Assembly: GCA_040954595.2 (NCBI GenBank)
Contig: CM082584.2
Span: 12,492,875 to 12,556,874 of the forward strand
Origin: Balanoglossus misakiensis
Lineage: Eukaryota > Animalia > Hemichordata
Direction: 5' to 3'
DNA length: 64,000 nucleotides
Shown in pieces: positions 47,643 through 59,600 of this stretch. The translations under genes and the position numbers were made by a program. The notes under the pieces were generated by a model that had not been told where the DNA came from, did no database searches, and saw only the letters and a program-made list of their open reading frames with translations. The stretch's first letter is position 1, and every line of letters starts with the position of its first letter.

Positions 47643-50600
47643 ATGAGCTATAACCCATGGTTGTTTTTTCAAAAAATGAAGAAATTTTGAAAATTCGCAA
47701 AGTCGAAAAATTGTCATTTCGGAATGATTTTCATGAGCTATAACCCATGGTTTTTTCAAAAAATGAAGAAATTTTGAAAATTCGCAAAGTCGAAAAATTG
47801 TCATTTCGAGATGATTTTCATGAGCTATAACCCATGGTTTTTTCAAAAAAATGACCAAATTTTCAAAATTCGCAAAGTCGAAAAATTGTCATTTCGGGAT
47901 GATTTTCCTGAGCTATAACCCATGGTTTTTTCAAAAAATGACCAAATTTTCAAAATTCGCAAAGTCGACAAATCTTCGATTTTTGACGATTTTCCTGAGC
48001 TATAACCCATGGTTTTTTCAAAAAATGACCAAATTTTCAAAATTCGCAAAGTCCGAAAATCTTCGATTTTTGACGATTTTCCTGAGCTATAACCCATGGT
48101 TTTTTCAAAAAATGACCAAATTTTCAAAATTCGCAAAGTCCGAAAATCTTCGAATTTTGACGATTTTCCTGAGCTATAACCCATGGTTTTTTCAAAAAAT
48201 GACCAAATTTTCAAAATTCGCAAAGTCCGAAAATCTTCGATTTTTGACGATTTTCCTGAGCTATAACCCATGGTTTTTTCAAAAAATGACCAAATTTTCA
48301 AAATTCGCAAAGTCGAAAAATCGTCGATTTTTCAACATTTTCCTGAGCTATAACCCATGGTTTTTTCAAAAAATGACCAAATTTTCAAAATTCGCAAAGT
48401 CCGAAAATCTTCGATTTTTGACGATTTTCCTGAGCTATAACCCATGGTTTTTTCAAAAAATGACCAAATTTTCAAAATTCGCAAAGTCCGAAAATCTTCG
48501 AATTTTGACGATTTTCCTGAGCTATAACCCATGGTTTTTTCAAAAAATGACAAAATTTTCAAAATTCGCAAAGTCCGAAAATCTTCGATTTTTGACGATT
48601 TTCCTGAGCTATAACCCATGGTTTTTTCAAAAAATGACCAAATTTTCAAAATTCGCAAAGTCGAAAAATCGTCGATTTTTCAACATTTTCCTGAGCTATA
48701 ACCCATGGTTTTTTCAAAAAATGACCAAATTTTCAAAATTCGCAAAGTCCGAAAATCTTCGATTTTTGACGATTTTCCTGAGCTATAACCCATGGTTTTT
48801 TCAAAAAATGACCAAATTTTCAAAACTCGCAAAGTCCGAAAATCTTCGATTTTTGACGATTTTCCTGAGCTATAACCCATGGTTTTTTCAAAAAATGACC
48901 AAATTTTCAAAATTCGCAAAGTCCGAAAATCTTCGATTTTTGACGATTTTCCTGAGCTATAACCCATGGTTTTTTCAAAAAATGACCAAATTTTCAAAAT
49001 TCGCAAAGTCCGAAAATCTTCGAATTTTGACGATTTTCCTGAGCTATAACCCATGGTTTTTTCAAAAAATGACCAAATTTTCAAAATTCGCAAAGTCCGA
49101 AAATCTTCGATTTTTGACGATTTTCCTGAGCTATAACCCATGGTTTTTTCAAAAAATGACCAAATTTTCAAAATTCGCAAAGTCCGAAAATCTTCGATTT
49201 TTGACGATTTTCCTGAGCTATAACCCATGGTTTTTTCAAAAAATGACCAAATTTTCAAAATTCGCAAAGTCCGAAAATCTTCGATTTTTGACGATTTTCC
49301 TGAGCTATAACCCATGGTTTTTTCAAAAAATGACCAAATTTTCAAAATTCGCAAAGTCCGAAAATCTTCGAATTTTGACGATTTTCCTGAGCTATAACCC
49401 ATGGTTTTTTCAAAAAATGACCAAATTTTCAAAATTCGCAAAGTCCGAAAATCTTCGAATTTTGACGATTTTCCTGAGCTATAACCCATGGTTTTTTCAA
49501 AAAATGACCAAATTTTCAAAATTCGCAAAGTCCGAAAATCTTCGAATTTTGACGATTTTCCTGAGCTATAACCCATGGTTTTTTTCAAAAAATGACCAAA
49601 TTTTCAAAATTCGCAAAGTCCGAAAATCTTCGAATTTTGACGATTTTCCTGAGCTATAACCCATGGTTTTTTCAAAAAATGACCAAATTTTCAAAATTCG
49701 CAAAGTCCGAAAATCTCCGATTTTTGACGATTTTCCTGAGCTATAACCCATGGTTTTTTCAAAAAATGACCAAATTTTCAAAATTCGCAAGGTCCGAAAA
49801 TCTTCGAATTTTGACGATTTTCCTGAGCTATAACCCATGGTTTTTTCAAAAAATGACCAAATTTTCAAAATTCGCAAAGTCGACAAATCTTCGATTTTTG
49901 ACGATTTTCCTGAGCTATAACCCATGGTTTTTTCAAAAAATGACCAAATTTTCAAAATTCGCAAAGTCCGAAAATCTTCGATTTTTGACGATTTTCCTGA
50001 GCTATAACCCATGGTTTTTTCAAAAAATGACCAAATTTTCAAAATTCGCAAAGTCCGAAAATCTTCGATTTTTGACGATTTTCCTGAGCTATAACCCATG
50101 GTTTTTTCAAAAAATGACCAAATTTTCAAAATTCGCAAAGTCCGAAAATCTTCGATTTTTGACGATTTTCCTGAGCTATAACCCATGGTTTTTTCAAAAA
50201 ATGACCAAATTTTCAAAATTCGCAAAGTCGAAAAATCGTCGATTTTTCAACATTTTCCTGAGCTATAACCCATGGTTTTTTCAAAAAATGACCAAATTTT
50301 CAAAATTCGCAAAGTCGAAAAATCGTCGATTTTTCAACATTTTCCTGAGCTATAACCCATGGTTTTTTCAAAAAATGACCAAATTTTCAAAATTCGCAAA
50401 GTCCGAAAATCTTCGATTTTTGACGATTTTCCTGAGCTATAACCCATGGTTTTTTTCAAAAAATGACCAAATTTTCAAAATTCGCAAAGTCCGAAAATCT
50501 TCGAATTTTGACGATTTTCCTGAGCTATAACCCATGGTTTTTTCAAAAAATGACCAAATTTTCAAAATTCGCAAAGTCCGAAAATCTCCGATTTTTGACG

Positions 50601-53600
50601 ATTTTCCTGAGCTATAACCCATGGTTTTTTCAAAAAATGACCAAATTTTCAAAATTCGCAAGGTCCGAAAATCTTCGAATTTTGACGATTTTCCTGAGCT
50701 ATAACCCATGGTTTTTTCAAAAAATGACCAAATTTTCAAAATTCGCAAAGTCGACAAATCTTCGATTTTTGACGATTTTCCTGAGCTATAACCCATGGTT
50801 TTTTCAAAAAATGACCAAATTTTCAAAATTCGCAAAGTCCGAAAATCTTCGATTTTTGACGATTTTCCTGAGCTATAACCCATGGTTTTTTCAAAAAATG
50901 ACCAAATTTTCAAAATTCGCAAAGTCCGAAAATCTTCGATTTTTGACGATTTTCCTGAGCTATAACCCATGGTTTTTTCAAAAAATGACCAAATTTTCAA
51001 AATTCGCAAAGTCCGAAAATCTTCGATTTTTGACGATTTTCCTGAGCTATAACCCATGGTTTTTTCAAAAAATGACCAAATTTTCAAAATTCGCAAAGTC
51101 GAAAAATCGTCGATTTTTCAACATTTTCCTGAGCTATAACCCATGGTTTTTTCAAAAAATGACCAAATTTTCAAAATTCGCAAAGTCGAAAAATCGTCGA
51201 TTTTTCAACATTTTCCTGAGCTATAACCCATGGTTTTTTCAAAAAATGACCAAATTTTCAAAATTCGCAAAGTCCGAAAATCTTCGATTTTTGACGATTT
51301 TCCTGAGCTATAACCCATGGTTTTTTCAAAAAATGACCAAATTTTCAAAATTCGCAAAGTCCGAAAATCTTCGATTTTTGACGATTTTCCTGAGCTATAA
51401 CCCATGGTTTTTTCAAAAAATGACCAAATTTTCAAAATTCGCAAAGTCCGAAAATCTTCGATTTTTGACGATTTTCCTGAGCTATAACCCATGGTTTTTT
51501 CAAAAAATGACCAAATTTTCAAAATTCGCAAAGTCCGAAAATCTTCGAATTTTGACGATTTTCCTGAGCTATAACCCATGGTTTTTTCAAAAAATGACCA
51601 AATTTTCAAAATTCGCAAAGTCCGAAAATCTTCGATTTTTGACGATTTTCCTGAGCTATAACCCATGGTTTTTTCAAAAAATGACCAAATTTTCAAAATT
51701 CGCAAAGTCCGAAAATCTTCGATTTTTGACGATTTTCCTGAGCTATAGCCCATGGTTTTTTCAAAAAATGACCAAATTTTCAAAATTCGCAAAGTCCGAA
51801 AATCTTCGATTTTTGACGATTTTCCTGAGCTATAGCCCATGGTTTTTTCAAAAAATGACCAAATTTTCAAAATTCGCAAAGTCCGAAAATCTTCGAATTT
51901 TGACGATTTTCCTGAGCTATAACCCATGGTTTTTTCAAAAAATGACCAAATTTTCAAAATTCGCAAAGTCCGAAAATCTTCGAATTTTGACGATTTTCCT
52001 GAGCTATAACCCATGGTTTTTTCAAAAAATGACCAAATTTTCAAAATTCGCAAAGTCCGAAAATCTTCGAATTTTGACGATTTTCCTGAGCTATAACCCA
52101 TGGTTTTTTTCAAAAAATGACCAAATTTTCAAAATTCGCAAAGTCCGAAAATCTTCGAATTTTGACGATTTTCCTGAGCTATAACCCATGGTTTTTTCAA
52201 AAAATGACCAAATTTTCAAAATTCGCAAAGTCCGAAAATCTCCGATTTTTGACGATTTTCCTGAGCTATAACCCATGGTTTTTTCAAAAAATGACCAAAT
52301 TTTCAAAATTCGCAAGGTCCGAAAATCTTCGAATTTTGACGATTTTCCTGAGCTATAACCCATGGTTTTTTCAAAAAATGACCAAATTTTCAAAATTCGC
52401 AAAGTCGACAAATCTTCGATTTTTGACGATTTTCCTGAGCTATAACCCATGGTTTTTTCAAAAAATGACCAAATTTTCAAAATTCGCAAAGTCCGAAAAT
52501 CTTCGATTTTTGACGATTTTCCTGAGCTATAACCCATGGTTTTTTCAAAAAATGACCAAATTTTCAAAATTCGCAAAGTCCGAAAATCTTCGAATTTTGA
52601 CGATTTTCCTGAGCTATAACCCATGGTTTTTTCAAAAAATGACCAAATTTTCAAAATTCGCAAAGTCCGAAAATCTTCGATTTTTGACGATTTTCCTGAG
52701 CTATAACCCATGGTTTTTTCAAAAAATGACCAAATTTTCAAAATTCGCAAAGTCCGAAAATCTTCGAATTTTGACGATTTTCCTGAGCTATAACCCATGG
52801 TTTTTTCAAAAAATGACCAAATTTTCAAAATTCGCAAAGTCCGAAAATCTCCGATTTTTGACGATTTTCCTGAGCTATAACCCATGGTTTTTTCAAAAAA
52901 TGACCAAATTTTCAAAATTCGCAAGGTCCGAAAATCTTCGAATTTTGACGATTTTCCTGAGCTATAACCCATGGTTTTTTCAAAAAATGACCAAATTTTC
53001 AAAATTCGCAAAGTCGACAAATCTTCGATTTTTGACGATTTTCCTGAGCTATAACCCATGGTTTTTTCAAAAAATGACCAAATTTTCAAAATTCGCAAAG
53101 TCCGAAAATCTTCGATTTTTGACGATTTTCCTGAGCTATAACCCATGGTTTTTTCAAAAAATGACCAAATTTTCAAAATTCGCAAAGTCCGAAAATCTTC
53201 GAATTTTGACGATTTTCCTGAGCTATAACCCATGGTTTTTTCAAAAAATGACCAAATTTTCAAAATTCGCAAAGTCCGAAAATCTTCGATTTTTGACGAT
53301 TTTCCTGAGCTATAACCCATGGTTTTTTCAAAAAATGACCAAATTTTCAAAATTCGCAAAGTCGAAAAATCGTCGATTTTTCAACATTTTCCTGAGCTAT
53401 AACCCATGGTTTTTTCAAAAAATGACCAAATTTTCAAAATTCGCAAAGTCCGAAAATCTTCGATTTTTGACGATTTTCCTGAGCTATAGCCCATGGTTTT
53501 TTCAAAAAATGACCAAATTTTCAAAATTCGCAAAGTCCGAAAATCTTCGAATTTTGACGATTTTCCTGAGCTATAACCCATGGTTTTTTCAAAAAATGAC

Positions 53601-56600
53601 CAAATTTTCAAAATTCGCAAAGTCCGAAAATCTTCGAATTTTGACGATTTTCCTGAGCTATAACCCATGGTTTTTTCAAAAAATGACCAAATTTTCAAAA
53701 TTCGCAAAGTCCGAAAATCTTCGAATTTTGACGATTTTCCTGAGCTATAACCCATGGTTTTTTTCAAAAAATGACCAAATTTTCAAAATTCGCAAAGTCC
53801 GAAAATCTTCGAATTTTGACGATTTTCCTGAGCTATAACCCATGGTTTTTTCAAAAAATGACCAAATTTTCAAAATTCGCAAAGTCCGAAAATCTCCGAT
53901 TTTTGACGATTTTCCTGAGCTATAACCCATGGTTTTTTCAAAAAATGACCAAATTTTCAAAATTCGCAAGGTCCGAAAATCTTCGAATTTTGACGATTTT
54001 CCTGAGCTATAACCCATGGTTTTTTCAAAAAATGACCAAATTTTCAAAATTCGCAAAGTCGACAAATCTTCGATTTTTGACGATTTTCCTGAGCTATAAC
54101 CCATGGTTTTTTCAAAAAATGACCAAATTTTCAAAATTCGCAAAGTCCGAAAATCTTCGATTTTTGACGATTTTCCTGAGCTATAACCCATGGTTTTTTC
54201 AAAAAATGACCAAATTTTCAAAATTCGCAAAGTCCGAAAATCTTCGAATTTTGACGATTTTCCTGAGCTATAACCCATGGTTTTTTCAAAAAATGACCAA
54301 ATTTTCAAAATTCGCAAAGTCCGAAAATCTTCGATTTTTGACGATTTTCCTGAGCTATAACCCATGGTTTTTTCAAAAAATGACCAAATTTTCAAAATTC
54401 GCAAAGTCCGAAAATCTTCGAATTTTGACGATTTTCCTGAGCTATAACCCATGGTTTTTTCAAAAAATGACCAAATTTTCAAAATTCGCAAAGTCCGAAA
54501 ATCTCCGATTTTTGACGATTTTCCTGAGCTATAACCCATGGTTTTTTCAAAAAATGACCAAATTTTCAAAATTCGCAAGGTCCGAAAATCTTCGAATTTT
54601 GACGATTTTCCTGAGCTATAACCCATGGTTTTTTCAAAAAATGACCAAATTTTCAAAATTCGCAAAGTCGACAAATCTTCGATTTTTGACGATTTTCCTG
54701 AGCTATAACCCATGGTTTTTTCAAAAAATGACCAAATTTTCAAAATTCGCAAAGTCCGAAAATCTTCGATTTTTGACGATTTTCCTGAGCTATAACCCAT
54801 GGTTTTTTCAAAAAATGACCAAATTTTCAAAATTCGCAAAGTCCGAAAATCTTCGAATTTTGACGATTTTCCTGAGCTATAACCCATGGTTTTTTCAAAA
54901 AATGACCAAATTTTCAAAATTCGCAAAGTCCGAAAATCTTCGATTTTTGACGATTTTCCTGAGCTATAACCCATGGTTTTTTCAAAAAATGACCAAATTT
55001 TCAAAATTCGCAAAGTCGAAAAATCGTCGATTTTTCAACATTTTCCTGAGCTATAACCCATGGTTTTTTCAAAAAATGACCAAATTTTCAAAATTCGCAA
55101 AGTCCGAAAATCTTCGAATTTTGACGATTTTCCTGAGCTATAACCCATGGTTTTTTCAAAAAATGACCAAATTTTCAAAATTCGCAAAGTCCGAAAATCT
55201 TCGATTTTTGACGATTTTCCTGAGCTATAACCCATGGTTTTTTCAAAAAATGACCAAATTTTCAAAATTCGCAAAGTCCGAAAATCTTCGAATTTTGACG
55301 ATTTTCCTGAGCTATAACCCATGGTTTTTTTCAAAAAATGACCAAATTTTCAAAATTCGCAAAGTCCGAAAATCTTCGATTTTTGACGATTTTCCTGAGC
55401 TATAACCCATGGTTTTTTCAAAAAATGACCAAATTTTCAAAATTCGCAAAGTCCGAAAATCTTCGATTTTTGACGATTTTCCTGAGCTATAACCCATGGT
55501 TTTTTCAAAAAATGACCAAATTTTCAAAATTCGCAAAGTCGACAAATCTTCGATTTTTGACGATTTTCCTGAGCTATAACCCATGGTTTTTTTCAAAAAA
55601 TGACCAAATTTTCAAAATTCGCAAAGTCCGAAAATCTTCGAATTTTGACGATTTTCCTGAGCTATAACCCATGGTTTTTTTCAAAAAATGACCAAATTTT
55701 CAAAATTCGCAAAGTCCGAAAATCTTCGATTTTTGACGATTTTCCTGAGCTATAACCCATGGTTTTTTCAAAAAATGACCAAATTTTCAAAATTCGCAAA
55801 GTCGACAAATCTTCGATTTTTGACGATTTTCCTGAGCTATAACCCATGGTTTTTTTCAAAAAATGACCAAATTTTCAAAATTCGCAAAGTCCGAAAATCT
55901 TCGATTTTTGACGATTTTCCTGAGCTATAACCCATGGTTTTTTCAAAAAATGACCAAATTTTCAAAATTCGCAAAGTCCGAAAATCTTCGATTTTTGACG
56001 ATTTTCCTGAGCTATAACCCATGGTTTTTTCAAAAAATGACCAAATTTTCAAAATTCGCAAAGTCCGAAAATCTTCGATTTTTGACGATTTTCCTGAGCT
56101 ATAACCCATGGTTTTTTCAAAAAATGACCAAATTTTCAAAATTCGCAAAGTCCGAAAATCTTCGATTTTTGACGATTTTCCTGAGCTATAACCCATGGTT
56201 TTTTCAAAAAATGACCAAATTTTCAAAATTCGCAAAGTCCGAAAATCTTCGAATTTTGACGATTTTCCTGAGCTATAACCCATGGTTTTTTCAAAAAATG
56301 ACCAAATTTTCAAAATTCGCAAAGTCCGAAAATCTTCGATTTTTGACGATTTTCCTGAGCTATAACCCATGGTTTTTTCAAAAAATGACCAAATTTTCAA
56401 AATTCGCAAAGTCCGAAAATCTTCGATTTTTGACGATTTTCCTGAGCTATAACCCATGGTTTTTTCAAAAAATGACCAAATTTTCAAAATTCGCAAAGTC
56501 CGAAAATCTTCGAATTTTGACGATTTTCCTGAGCTATAACCCATGGTTTTTTCAAAAAATGACCGAATTTTCAAAATTCGCAAAGTCCGAAAATCTTCGA

Positions 56601-59600
56601 ATTTTGACGATTTTCCTGAGCTATAACCCATGGTTTTTTCAAAAAATGACCAAATTTTCAAAATTCGCAAAGTCCGAAAATCTTCGAATTTTGACGATTT
56701 TCCTGAGCTATAACCCATGGTTTTTTCAAAAAATGACCAAATTTTCAAAATTCGCAAAGTCCGAAAATCTTCGAATTTTGACGATTTTCCTGAGCTATAA
56801 CCCATGGTTTTTTTCAAAAAATGACCAAATTTTCAAAGTTCGCAAAGTCCGAAAATCTTCGATTTTTGACGATTTTCCTGAGCTATAACCCATGGTTTTT
56901 TCAAAAAATGACCAAATTTTCAAAATTCGCAAAGTCCGAAAATCTTCGATTTTTGACGATTTTCCTGAGCTATAACCCATGGTTTTTTCAAAAAATGACC
57001 AAATTTTCAAAATTCGCAAAGTCGACAAATCTTCGATTTTTGACGATTTTCCTGAGCTATAACCCATGGTTTTTTCAAAAAATGACCAAATTTTCAAAAT
57101 TCGCAAAGTCGACAAATCTTCGATTTTTGACGATTTTCCTGAGCTATAACCCATGGTTTTTTTCAAAAAATGACCAAATTTTCAAAATTCGCAAAGTCCG
57201 AAAATCTTCGATTTTTGACGATTTTCCTGAGCTATAACCCATGGTTTTTTCAAAAAATGACCAAATTTTCAAAATTCGCAAAGTCCGAAAATCTTCGATT
57301 TTTGACGATTTTCCTGAGCTATAACCCATGGTTTTTTCAAAAAATGACCAAATTTTCAAAATTCGCAAAGTCGACAAATCTTCGATTTTTGACGATTTTC
57401 CTGAGCTATAACCCATGGTTTTTTCAAAAAATGACCAAATTTTCAAAATTCGCAAAGTCGACAAATCTTCGATTTTTGACGATTTTCCTGAGCTATAACC
57501 CATGGTTTTTTTCAAAAAATGACCAAATTTTCAAAATTCGCAAAGTCCGAAAATCTTCGATTTTTGACGATTTTCCTGAGCTATAACCCATGGTTTTTTC
57601 AAAAAATGACCAAATTTTCAAAATTCGCAAAGTCCGAAAATCTTCGATTTTTGACGATTTTCCTGAGCTATAACCCATGGTTTTTTCAAAAAATGACCAA
57701 ATTTTCAAAATTCGCAAAGTCCGAAAATCTTCGATTTTTGACGATTTTCCTGAGCTATAACCCATGGTTTTTTTCAAAAAATGACCAAATTTTCAAAATT
57801 CGCAAAGTCCGAAAATCTTCGAATTTTGACGATTTTCCTGAGCTATAACCCATGGTTTTTTCAAAAAATGACCAAATTTTCAAAATTCGCAAAGTCCGAA
57901 AATCTTCGATTTTTGACGATTTTCCTGAGCTATAACCCATGGTTTTTTCAAAAAATGACCAAATTTTCAAAATTCGCAAAGTCCGAAAATCTTCGATTTT
58001 TGACGATTTTCCTGAGCTATAACCCATGGTTTTTTCAAAAAATGACCAAATTTTCAAAATTCGCAAAGTCCGAAAATCTTCGATTTTTGACGATTTTCCT
58101 GAGCTATAACCCATGGTTTTTTCAAAAAATGACCAAATTTTCAAAATTCGCAAAGTCCGAAAATCTTCGATTTTTGACGATTTTCCTGAGCTATAACCCA
58201 TGGTTTTTTCAAAAAATGACCAAATTTTCAAAATTCGCAAAGTCCGAAAATCTTCGATTTTTGACGATTTTCCTGAGCTATAACCCATGGTTTTTTCAAA
58301 AAATGACCAAATTTTCAAAATTCGCAAAGTCCGAAAATCTTCGATTTTTGACGATTTTCCTGAGCTATAACCCATGGTTTTTTCAAAAAATGACCAAATT
58401 TTCAAAATTCGCAAAGTCCGAAAATCTTCGAATTTTGACGATTTTCCTGAGCTATAACCCATGGTTTTTTCAAAAAATGACCAAATTTTCAAAATTCGCA
58501 AAGTCCGAAAATCTTCGATTTTTGACGATTTTCCTGAGCTATAACCCATGGTTTTTTCAAAAAATGACCAAATTTTCAAAATTCGCAAAGTCCGAAAATC
58601 TTCGATTTTTGACGATTTTCCTGAGCTATAACCCATGGTTTTTTCAAAAAATGACCAAATTTTCAAAATTCGCAAAGTCCGAAAATCTTCGATTTTTGAC
58701 GATTTTCCTGAGCTATAACCCATGGTTTTTTCAAAAAATGACCAAATTTTCAAAATTCGCAAAGTCCGAAAATCTTCGAATTTTGACGATTTTCCTGAGC
58801 TATAACCCATGGTTTTTTCAAAAAATGACCAAATTTTCAAAATTCGCAAAGTCCGAAAATCTTCGATTTTTGACGATTTTCCTGAGCTATAACCCATGGT
58901 TTTTTCAAAAAATGACCAAATTTTCAAAATTCGCAAAGTCCGAAAATCTTCGAATTTTGACGATTTTCCTGAGCTATAACCCATGGTTTTTTTCAAAAAA
59001 TGACCAAATTTTCAAAATTCGCAAAGTCCGAAAATCTTCGATTTTTGACGATTTTCCTGAGCTATAACCCATGTTTTTTTCAAAAAATGACCAAATTTTC
59101 AAAATTCGCAAAGTCCGAAAATCTTCGATTTTTGACGATTTTCCTGAGCTATAACCCATGGTTTTTTCAAAAAATGACCAAATTTTCAAAATTCGCAAAG
59201 TCCGAAAATCTTCGATTTTTGACGATTTTCCTGAGCTATAACCCATGTTTTTTTCAAAAAATGACCAAATTTTCAAAATTCGCAAAGTCCGAAAATCTTC
59301 GATTTTTGACGATTTTCCTGAGCTATAACCCATGGTTTTTTCAAAAAATGACCAAATTTTCAAAATTCGCAAAGTCCGAAAATCTTCGAATTTTGACGAT
59401 TTTCCTGAGCTATAACCCATGGTTTTTTCAAAAAATGACCAAATTTTCAAAATTCGCAAAGTCCGAAAATCTTCGCATTTTGACGATTTTCCTGAGCTAT
59501 AACCCATGGTTTTTTCAAAAAATGACCAAATTTTCAAAATTCGCAAAGTCCGAAAATCTTCGAATTTTGACGATTTTCCTGAGCTATAACCCATGGTTTT

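Noticed and set aside
48061-48077. CENP-B box in the satellite (CTTCGATTTTTGACGAT)
   Set aside because: Only TTCG matches; the second CG is 8 rather than 7 nt away and the A and CGGG positions are missing.
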